Both the position numbers and the translations under genes were made by a program. A DNA stretch of 64,000 bases from a virus: positions 20,086-84,085 of IMG/VR virus record IMGVR_UViG_3300028400_000003. One strand, 5' to 3'. The notes under the pieces are model-generated. The model ran no database searches, was not told the DNA's origin, and worked only from the letters and a program-made list of their open reading frames with translations. Positions 1-6,422 of the stretch are shown here, one piece after another. Every line of letters starts with the position of its first letter. The first letter of the stretch is position 1.

Positions 1-219
1 AATACGTGGCCGGGGACAAGCGTGACCTTTCGGGATGGCGGGCATGTGCTCGATGTTCGGGTAGGCACCAACCACAAAGCCTTCAAGCTTAGCGGGGCGG
101 CGCGTAAGGTGGTCAATCGCTTGCTCCTTGCGGGCGACCTGATCGTTGGGGCTGCTCGGAGCGGGGCGCTCATGGCGACGCTCAAGGAGGAGACCCTTTA
201 CGGGGTTTTGTCTGAGTAG
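1..219 (+). CDS. hypothetical protein, probably 5'-truncated by the window edge
   Basis: Frame is open from position 1 to TAG at 217-219. Confidence 0.55.
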   Translation, partial: NTWPGTSVTFRDGGHVLDVRVGTNHKAFKLSGAARKVVNRLLLAGDLIVGAARSGALMATLKEETLYGVLSE

Positions 220-222
220 ATC

Positions 223-822
223 GTGGAGGATGAAATGAAGACCAACACCAGGGTTCCTAGCTTAGACCGGGCGGCTGAAATACAAAAGGCGTTGTGGGAT
301 GCCTATCAGGCCAACCTTGCGCTTCGCAGAACGGCCAACAACTGGGGCGGGTACGGTGAGCTTGAAGGCTATGATGACAAGGTAGGTGACTGCGTGGGCC
401 TTGTGGCCGAAATGGAGCAGAAGTTCCGTGAAAGTGGCCTGCTTACCTGCAAGGAGCGCATAGATGGCGACGGTATTCTGCTCAGGCCGTTCCTCATAGC
501 AGACCTTGAGGATGAGTTTGCACCTACTACGCCGGGTAAGGCTATGATCGGATGCTTTGCCTATGACGACCTACCCGAGTGGTTCAGGAAAATCGTGGAT
601 GACCGGCTAGGTCCTGAAGAGCTTAAGCGCGGCGATGGAATCGAGGTCTGCGTCATGCTGGATTACGAGAATGCCCGCACGGACATCTACGTCGAGGCTT
701 CCGGCAACAACGGAATCATCGCTGGTATTAGCTGGATAGCTTACGGCGCGGCTTCGCCGCTGGAGCTTGCTCAGGCTATGGCAGCTGACGTAAGCCTCGC
801 CCTGGTCCTGCTTGGCCGATAG
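223..822 (+). CDS. hypothetical protein
   Basis: 199 aa ORF; alternative ATG at 235 follows GGAGG. Confidence 0.7.
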   Translation: MEDEMKTNTRVPSLDRAAEIQKALWDAYQANLALRRTANNWGGYGELEGYDDKVGDCVGLVAEMEQKFRESGLLTCKERIDGDGILLRPFLIADLEDEFAPTTPGKAMIGCFAYDDLPEWFRKIVDDRLGPEELKRGDGIEVCVMLDYENARTDIYVEASGNNGIIAGISWIAYGAASPLELAQAMAADVSLALVLLGR

Positions 823-850
823 TTTCGTGCTGGAGCGGTATCATGGTAGC

Positions 851-1966
851 GTGACTGATGACCAGTACCGCATTCTCGCAGCTAGGTTCCTACAGGAGGC
901 GATGTACACCAAGAATAAGCGGACTGGGTACCGTAGCTTCAGGGCGTGGTTAAAGAACAATGGCTATCCGGCCCCCGGTACTGATCGGGGGTTGCGCATT
1001 TTGAAGAGCTTAAAGGCTGCTCGTATTCGCACCAACACATGGGAGAGCCCCGGCCCCGATGGACCGGTACAACTGAACCAGGTACGTATTGATTGGGATA
1101 GCGTCGAGTCTGATCTACGGGCCTCGATCCTCGACTTTATACGCAGGGAGGTTGAACCGGTTAGGATTAAACCGGCAAGGCTTGGAAACAAGTTGGGCGT
1201 TCTGTCCATACCCGATATTCACGTCGGGAAACTGGCATGGGGTGATGAGGTAGGCAGTAGCTATGATACCAAGATCGCGGTAGCCGTTTACAGGGATGCA
1301 GCTTCACACCTGATAGGCGAGTTGCGGCGCAACGATGTAGGAGAGGTGGTCTATGTCGTTGGAAACGACCTGCTACACGTAGATGGCTTTGACAATGCCA
1401 CTACCGCAGGCACCCCGCAGGATACCGACACCAGGTTCCAGAAAGCTTTTTTACGGGCCAAGGACATGATCGTGGCCACGGCTTGCGCCCTAGCCGAGTT
1501 TGCTCACGTTCACCTTGTGGTTCAGCCTGGAAACCATGACCGTATTCTTTCGTGGACCCTAGGCGAGGTGCTGGCCGCCTACTTCAAGGACTCGAAGGCG
1601 GTGAAGGTTGACAATGCACCTGCCTATCGCCGGTACGTGCAAAAGGGGCGCATCTTGTTCGGCATCACTCACGGTGACAAGGTGAAACCAACCGACCTTC
1701 CCTCGATCATGGCCACGGAGGCCCCGGACAGCTGGGGGAGTACGGTGTACCGCGAGTGGTTTCTTGGGCACCGCCACCGCAAGCAGGAGTTTACGACGTT
1801 GAGCATAACCGAACAGGGCGGCGTTCGCATTCGCTTCCTCCCAAGCTTGGCCGGTCAGGACCGCTGGCATTTCGAGCGCGGATACTACAACGTGCGTTCG
1901 GCCGAGGCTCACGTCTACGCTCCTGAAAAGGGGCACCAGCTGATGAGCTTCTACTACCATCTTTAG
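851..1966 (+). CDS. calcineurin-like metallophosphoesterase
   Basis: Motifs DIHVG, GNDLLH, GNHD, THGD, GHRH. GTG at 851 lies 6 nt after TATCAT (leaderless pattern). Confidence 0.85.
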   Translation: MTDDQYRILAARFLQEAMYTKNKRTGYRSFRAWLKNNGYPAPGTDRGLRILKSLKAARIRTNTWESPGPDGPVQLNQVRIDWDSVESDLRASILDFIRREVEPVRIKPARLGNKLGVLSIPDIHVGKLAWGDEVGSSYDTKIAVAVYRDAASHLIGELRRNDVGEVVYVVGNDLLHVDGFDNATTAGTPQDTDTRFQKAFLRAKDMIVATACALAEFAHVHLVVQPGNHDRILSWTLGEVLAAYFKDSKAVKVDNAPAYRRYVQKGRILFGITHGDKVKPTDLPSIMATEAPDSWGSTVYREWFLGHRHRKQEFTTLSITEQGGVRIRFLPSLAGQDRWHFERGYYNVRSAEAHVYAPEKGHQLMSFYYHL

Positions 1967-2093
1967 GCGGTATTGACAAAGCTATTACCTTTGTGTCGTT
2001 TTTACTCCTACCATAAATGCGTCTGTGGCCCTATTGTTTATGTTTGTATATTGACAAATGGCGAGCGCGTTAATAGTTTGTTGATTATTGCCC

Positions 2094-2122
2094 TTGACTT
2101 ATTTATGCTGGCACGCTATACT
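2094..2122 (+). promoter_or_regulatory. sigma70-type promoter for tmRNA
   Basis: TTGACT-N17-TATACT. Extra TTGACA boxes at 1973 and 2051. Confidence 0.8.
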
Positions 2123-2163
2123 GCGAGTAGGCGGTGAGGTTCAAGCCCAAGCCGCCGAAAACT

Positions 2164-2482
2164 GGGGGCGAACAGGGTTCGACGGAGCAGAAGGTAGCCG
2201 TGGCGCGGGGGCGAGGTGCCGGAGGCCTCGTAAAACACCGGCAAGCTGTAACTGGCAACGACACTTTTCTCGCCGCTGCTTAGCAAAGTCTAGGCAGCCG
2301 GGTCAGCGTCAGACCTGGGAACAGAAATGACGCCCTCGTGCAAGATGCCTACCTCCAAGGGTATACCGCTACCCGCTCGCACGGGCAAAAGGCGGTGTTA
2401 GTACGGCGTGTTCATACCCCCAACGAGTAGCGCCACGCCTACCCTGTTTCGGACGCGGGTTCAATACCCGCCGCCTCCACCA
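2164..2482 (+). ncRNA. ssrA: tmRNA, tag peptide (A)GNDTFLAAA*
   Basis: 5' GGGGGCG pairs with 3' CGCCTCC-A-CCA, including G3:U70. T-arm GCGGG-TTCAATA-CCCGC; PK1 GAGG/CCTC; TAACT before the resume codon; tag ORF at 2254-2283. Confidence 0.95.
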
Positions 2483-2485
2483 CTC

Positions 2486-2508
2486 GGGCCGCCTTCGGGC
2501 GGCCCTTT
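2486..2508 (+). terminator. intrinsic terminator after tmRNA
   Basis: GGGCCGCC-TTCG-GGCGGCCC followed by TTT. Confidence 0.8.
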
Positions 2509-2522
2509 GCTTGTGTCAACAC

Positions 2523-2551
2523 TTGACAAAAATAGTAGGGTCATATATAAT
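2523..2551 (+). promoter_or_regulatory. consensus sigma70 promoter of the tRNA operon
   Basis: TTGACA-N17-TATAAT. Confidence 0.9.
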
Positions 2552-2599
2552 ACAGCTGGCAGCCGCAGGCGGCCGGTGGAGCTTGAAAACCTAGATCGT

Positions 2600-2675
2600 A
2601 TAGGGGTGGCGCAATTGGTAGCGCACCGGCTTTGGGAGCCGGGGGTTGCGGGTTCAAGCCCCGCCCCCTATACCA
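2600..2675 (+). tRNA. tRNA-Pro(TGG)
   Basis: Cloverleaf; CCGGC-TTTGGGA-GCCGG; encoded CCA; A1-U72 pair. Confidence 0.93.
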
Positions 2676-2677
2676 TA

Positions 2678-2721
2678 TGGGCGGCATGGATGCAAGCTGG
2701 GTTCAAGCCCCAGCCCGCCCA
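2678..2721 (+). ncRNA. tRNA-like minihelix (acceptor stem plus T-arm only)
   Basis: TGGGCGG/CCGCCCA plus GCTGGG-TTCAAGC-CCCAGC. Only 11 nt replace the D and anticodon arms. Confidence 0.5.
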
Positions 2722-2725
2722 AGAG

Positions 2726-2909
2726 CGCGGGAGTTGCACCATGATGCGCAGAGCAGCCGATGGAAGGTGCAACAGGTTGCCGCCGAAGGCGGGGTCGGCG
2801 GTGGAAACAATGGAGCGGGTTTGGGAAGATGCGGCCAGCTACGCTGACCAACGCATCGGCCCGAGCGTAGGGGAACCCGCAGGGGCTACGGTAGGTGGGG
2901 ACCGTAGCT
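2726..2909 (+). ncRNA. putative structured ncRNA, copy 1
   Basis: Stems 2733-40/2766-73 and 2815-21/2874-80. Hairpin loops AGGCGGGG (2787-94) and AGGTGGGG (2893-2900). Internal pseudoknot. Confidence 0.65.
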
Positions 2910-2915
2910 GTTTAT

Positions 2916-2991
2916 GGGCGCGTAGCTCCAACGGGAGAGCGGCCGGTTTGCACCCGGCAGGTTGCAGGTTCAAATCCTGTCGCGTCCACCA
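2916..2991 (+). tRNA. tRNA-Ala(TGC)
   Basis: Cloverleaf; G3:U70; GCCGG-TTTGCAC-CCGGC; CCA. Confidence 0.95.
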
Positions 2992-2994
2992 TGC

Positions 2995-3084
2995 GGTGGG
3001 GTGGCGGAGCCAGGTTTAACGCACCCGGTTGCTAGCCGGGCGGTCTGAAAAGGCCCGTAGGTTCAAATCCTACTCCCACCGCCA
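2995..3084 (+). tRNA. tRNA-Ser(GCT)
   Basis: Long variable arm; G73; CCCGG-TTGCTAG-CCGGG. Confidence 0.93.
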
Positions 3085-3087
3085 GAT

Positions 3088-3165
3088 GCCAGCGTAGCCC
3101 AATCAGGCAGAGGCACCCGGCTTAGGACCGGGGTAGTGCAGGTTCAAGTCCTGCCGCTGGCACCA
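3088..3165 (+). tRNA. tRNA-Leu(TAG) with a short variable loop
   Basis: CCCGG-CTTAGGA-CCGGG; 5-nt variable loop GTAGT; A73; CCA. Confidence 0.9.
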
Positions 3166-3166
3166 T

Positions 3167-3241
3167 GCCCGGTTAGCTCAACGGTAGAGCGTTCGCCTTG
3201 TAAGCGAGGGGCTGGGGGTTCAAATCCCTCACCGGGCTCCA
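3167..3241 (+). tRNA. tRNA-Thr(TGT)
   Basis: Cloverleaf; anticodon loop CTTGTAA; CCA. Confidence 0.93.
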
Positions 3242-3246
3242 GAGGG

Positions 3247-3451
3247 GCGTCTGCACGACGCATGCGGCCTGGCGCGGGCGGGGCGGGCCGTCGCGGGAGC
3301 CTGTTCGGAGCCGGAGGGCTGCACTAGATCATGGGAACAGGCAGGCTGCACCGGAGGTGGGGCCGGTGTGGAAGCGGAGCAGACCTAGTAGGCTTCATGC
3401 CTGCGGAGCGTAGGTGGGGTCTGCACATCATGATCGGCGGGGGTCATGATG
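3247..3451 (+). ncRNA. putative structured ncRNA, copy 2, with two leading hairpins
   Basis: Stems 3299-3306/3335-42 and 3379-85/3418-24. Hairpin loops AGGTGGGG (3355-62) and CGGCGGGG (3435-42). A leading hairpin loop ends in GGGCGGGG. Confidence 0.65.
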
Positions 3452-3457
3452 ACTCGA

Positions 3458-3533
3458 TGGCCGGTAGTTCAAATGGCAGAACAACGGACTTTGGATCCGT
3501 GGGTTGCAGGTTCGAGTCCTGCCCGGCCAGCCA
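3458..3533 (+). tRNA. tRNA-Gln(TTG)
   Basis: U1-A72; ACGGA-CTTTGGA-TCCGT; CCA. Confidence 0.93.
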
Positions 3534-3536
3534 GAC

Positions 3537-3623
3537 GGAGGGGTCGCCAGTAGGTGCGGCAACCGGTCTTGAAAACCGGGGCGGGTAACACCGTTGCAGG
3601 TTCGAGTCCTGTCCCCTCCGCCA
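3537..3623 (+). tRNA. tRNA-Ser(TGA)
   Basis: Long variable arm; anticodon loop CTTGAAA; G73; CCA. Confidence 0.92.
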
Positions 3624-3626
3624 TAT

Positions 3627-3701
3627 GGCCCTGTCGTCTAATGGACAGGACATCTGCCTACGGAGCAGAAGATCGGGGTTCGAGTCCCTGCGGGGCCGCC
3701 A
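3627..3701 (+). tRNA. tRNA-Arg(ACG)
   Basis: TCTGC-CTACGGA-GCAGA; CCA. Confidence 0.93.
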
Positions 3702-3721
3702 GAAAGAAAGGGGCGACCGGT

Positions 3722-3901
3722 GTGGAAAGACCTTATTGCCTTCTCGTTGATAACTTTGTGACCGCCTGTGGAAAGTACAGGTTTGCCATCGTTGACTTCC
3801 CCTACGTCGCAAGAACACTCGATGAGGTCACATGCGAAGAGTGCAAACGCTCCAAGGAATACCAGAAGTTGGTAGACATGGCCCCGTCGTCTAATGGATA
3901 G
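3722..3901 (+). CDS. small Cys-rich protein inside the tRNA cluster
   Basis: GTG after GAAAGGGG; motifs TACG and VTCEEC; 3' end overlaps tRNA-Arg(TCT). Confidence 0.5.
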   Translation: MERPYCLLVDNFVTACGKYRFAIVDFPYVARTLDEVTCEECKRSKEYQKLVDMAPSSNG

Positions 3902-3954
3902 GGCAGCGGGCTTCTAACCCGCCTGTGCAGGTTCGAGTCCTGCCGGGGTCACCA
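3880..3954 (+). tRNA. tRNA-Arg(TCT)
   Basis: GCGGG-CTTCTAA-CCCGC; CCA. Confidence 0.93.
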
Positions 3955-3966
3955 GAAGGAGGGACG

Positions 3967-4437
3967 ATGACGAGGGAGATATGCAAGGCGTGCGGTCGGG
4001 TCAGTCGCGTAGGGTTCAGCGTCCCGGATGACCTTTGGGCCGAGGTGGTGCCCGAGGTCTATCGCGATAACGTCGTGTGCCTGGCGTGCTTCACGGAATG
4101 GGCTGATGAGTCGTTGAGGCCCTGGGACGAGAAGATCGAACTTTACCCGGTTTCCTTGAAGACGCTTCTATCCTATGAACAATCTGGCATAGTGGATACC
4201 CCAGAAGTAGGGCTGCGGCGCTTGCTCGACGAACTTGTTAGTCAGGGGCGCATCCTCAAGGCCACCTTTAATAGAATGCAACAACGCTACTGGAATGTTG
4301 TCCTTGAGGTTGACGAGGAACAGTACTACAAGGCAGGCTTCCGGCTTGGCATCATTTCCGAAATAACCGAAAAGATAGACCGGCAGTATGGAATCTACAC
4401 GAACATCACCATGCATCCAAAACGGGTGGAAACATGA
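3967..4437 (+). CDS. hypothetical protein with N-terminal CxxC...CxxC
   Basis: RBS AAGGAGGG before ATG 3967; CKACG and CLAC. Confidence 0.7.
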   Translation: MTREICKACGRVSRVGFSVPDDLWAEVVPEVYRDNVVCLACFTEWADESLRPWDEKIELYPVSLKTLLSYEQSGIVDTPEVGLRRLLDELVSQGRILKATFNRMQQRYWNVVLEVDEEQYYKAGFRLGIISEITEKIDRQYGIYTNITMHPKRVET

Positions 4438-5093
4438 AACGGGCGCTTCGTAAGCATCATAGAACTTACCATCTTCCTTGGAGCGAAGGCGCGTCACGGG
4501 ACGATCTGATTGTGCCAAGCGACGATCATTTTACCGGCCTGCCAGTCGTGGTAACGGAGAAGATGGACGGCGAAAACACATCACTCTACCGCCACACCGT
4601 ACACGCGAGGTCGGTAAACAGCGGCCACCATCCATCTAGGGCATGGATCAAGGGCTTCTGGGCGAAGATCGCCCATGCCATACCGGACGGCCTGATCATT
4701 CGCGGCGAAAACCTTTATGCAACGCATTCCATCTACTACGCCGATCTACCAAGCTACTTCATGGGGTTCGCCGTCGAAACCGCAGAGGGGCTTGTGTGGT
4801 CATGGAGAAGGACCGTTGAGTTGTTTGAAGCGCTTGGCATCGAGCCGGTTCCGGTGATATATGAAGGGCTATACAATCGCGACGTGATACACCGGGCGGC
4901 TATGGAATATTTCGCCAAGACTGGCGGCCTTGATCGTCATGAGGGGTACGTCGTTCGGGTGAGCGGTGGATACCTAGCCTCAAAGCATAAGACGAGGATC
5001 AATAAATGGGTTCGCAAAGACCATGTGACCACGGACGGGCATTGGATGCATGGTAAGTTAGTGGTAAATGGGTTGGCAAAGGAGAGGGGGTAG
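4434..5093 (+). CDS. ATP-dependent RNA ligase family protein
   Basis: Motif I TEKMDGEN; RGENL; FMGFAV; EGYVVR; KWVR. Confidence 0.85.
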   Translation: MKRALRKHHRTYHLPWSEGASRDDLIVPSDDHFTGLPVVVTEKMDGENTSLYRHTVHARSVNSGHHPSRAWIKGFWAKIAHAIPDGLIIRGENLYATHSIYYADLPSYFMGFAVETAEGLVWSWRRTVELFEALGIEPVPVIYEGLYNRDVIHRAAMEYFAKTGGLDRHEGYVVRVSGGYLASKHKTRINKWVRKDHVTTDGHWMHGKLVVNGLAKERG

Positions 5094-5095
5094 GA

Positions 5096-5317
5096 GTGCG
5101 GCGAAGACGTAGAGGTCTAGCGGCAAGGAAGGCCAAGCAGGTGGCCAAGACGCTTATTGGCGGCATGTTAGGTACGGCCTTCGGGGCCGTGATGCTCCCA
5201 TTGGAGGCGCTTCATCGGGCCGAAACCGGCTTGACGGATGAACCCTATCTAGTCGAGGAGGGCTTAGGCAACTTGTTTGGCGGCCTCGTGGAAACCATGT
5301 TTGACTGGGAGGAGTAG
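5096..5317 (+). CDS. hypothetical protein
   Basis: Coupled ORF with an RBS. Confidence 0.6.
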   Translation: MRRRRRGLAARKAKQVAKTLIGGMLGTAFGAVMLPLEALHRAETGLTDEPYLVEEGLGNLFGGLVETMFDWEE

Positions 5318-5326
5318 GAGGATACG

Positions 5327-5593
5327 ATGACCAAGAAGGAGATGCAGAAACGCATTAACACCCTGGAAGAAGAGGTGGCCTTTCTGCGGGAGCTAGTGCG
5401 TATGCTGACGCATGGACAGATGCCACAAACCCCAACCTATCCCACGCCTACGCCCTGGCAGCCGCTACCCAGACGAACGAATCCGGTATGGCCGCAACTC
5501 CCGTGGGACATCTGGGTTGGCGATAATACAGGCGGTAAGCCGAAGCACTGGAGCAGTAGCGCTAGCGGGGTTGAAGTCAGCGCCTTTCACTAG
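5327..5593 (+). CDS. hypothetical protein
   Basis: RBS AGGAGG; N-terminal coiled coil and Pro-rich tail. Confidence 0.7.
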   Translation: MTKKEMQKRINTLEEEVAFLRELVRMLTHGQMPQTPTYPTPTPWQPLPRRTNPVWPQLPWDIWVGDNTGGKPKHWSSSASGVEVSAFH

Positions 5594-5705
5594 TAGAATG
5601 GTCTTACATCCCCCTCGACGCTGCGGCGTTGAGGTGCACCCCCGCCGAACCGTCACCGTAGGTGGCTTGCCGAAGGGCTAGGCGGGGGTTGCGTTATGAT
5701 CAGGT

Positions 5706-6260
5706 ATGAAACCCTTACGCGATGGAAAGATTGTAGGCGTTGATCCAGGCACGGGTAAGGTTCACGTGGCTGTCCTGCGAGTATCGGATGGCCGGCTTTA
5801 CTATGAAACCAGTGGCTCCTACGGGGTAGGCGACCTTGAACCGGTCAAGGAGCTGCTAAGCACGGCCAAGAGGTTGGTTGTAGAGAAACCCGGCGGTACC
5901 CTGTACGGAAAGGTGCGCTACGATCACCTGGTAATGATCAGCGTCAACGCAGGCCGCGTGTTCCAAATGGGCATAGACCAGGGGCTCGAGTCCCGCCTGG
6001 TAAACGCGCATGGTCCTGGAGGCTGGCGGCCCGCATTGCTTAAGAGCGGAAAGGGCTACCGTCGAAAGGGGCAAGAGGTAGCGGAGCTTGAGGCCCTGCT
6101 GCCTTACCTGATCCGTGAGCTACCGCTTCGCAATGGTAGGTTGAAGGGGGTGGTGAGTGAGCACCAGCGGGACGCCTTGGGCATAGCCGTGGCGGGCGCG
6201 TTGGGGCTTAACCCGCTACCCCGTAGAGGCAAGCAGCGCCGTGGACCCATAGCTCAATAG
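5706..6260 (+). CDS. RuvC-like Holliday junction resolvase
   Basis: VGVDPG, VVEKP and HQRDALGIA acidic motifs. Confidence 0.7.
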   Translation: MKPLRDGKIVGVDPGTGKVHVAVLRVSDGRLYYETSGSYGVGDLEPVKELLSTAKRLVVEKPGGTLYGKVRYDHLVMISVNAGRVFQMGIDQGLESRLVNAHGPGGWRPALLKSGKGYRRKGQEVAELEALLPYLIRELPLRNGRLKGVVSEHQRDALGIAVAGALGLNPLPRRGKQRRGPIAQ

Positions 6261-6319
6261 GTTAGAGCACCCGGCTCATAACCGGTAGGTTGCAGGTTCA
6301 AGTCCTGCTGGGTCCACCA
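6243..6319 (+). tRNA. tRNA-CAT, most likely Ile2 (lysidine), otherwise elongator Met
   Basis: GGACCCA acceptor; loop CTCATAA; no initiator features (no C1:A72 mismatch, no GGG/CCC anticodon stem). Confidence 0.88.
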
Positions 6320-6329
6320 TTTTACACCG

Positions 6330-6357
6330 GTGCCTAGTTGAAAATTTGACTAGGCAC
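6330..6357. terminator. hairpin (terminator or operator) after the tRNA
   Basis: Inverted repeat GTGCCTAGT...ACTAGGCAC. Confidence 0.5.
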
Positions 6358-6375
6358 ATATTTAGCCGCATGCCC

Positions 6376-6420
6376 TTGACAAGTAGTGTAATACCCTATA
6401 TACTAAGGACAGGAGGTAGG
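6376..6420 (+). promoter_or_regulatory. early-type promoter plus RBS cassette
   Basis: TTGACA-N17-TATACT followed by AAGGACAGGAGGTAGG. Confidence 0.88.
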
Positions 6421-6422
6421 CA

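Noticed and set aside
2678-2909. Second, permuted tmRNA
   Set aside because: No G3:U70 acceptor with CCA and no tag ORF ending in Ala-Ala.
2726-3451. CRISPR mini-array, hammerhead, SRP or RNase P RNA interpretation of the spacers
   Set aside because: There are no identical direct repeats, and I saw no CUGANGA/GAAA, SRP or RNase P consensus motifs.
2088-3818. ORF-track entries 2088-2330, 2408-3019, 2632-2847, 3136-3327, 3331-3588, 3444-3818 and similar
   Set aside because: They overlap the tmRNA, tRNAs and structured spacers, and have no RBS or protein motifs.
5706-6260. TnpB/Cas12-like RNA-guided nuclease paired with the upstream structured element
   Set aside because: The protein is only 184 aa with a contiguous resolvase-type RuvC pattern, and lacks a zinc ribbon or REC/WED regions.
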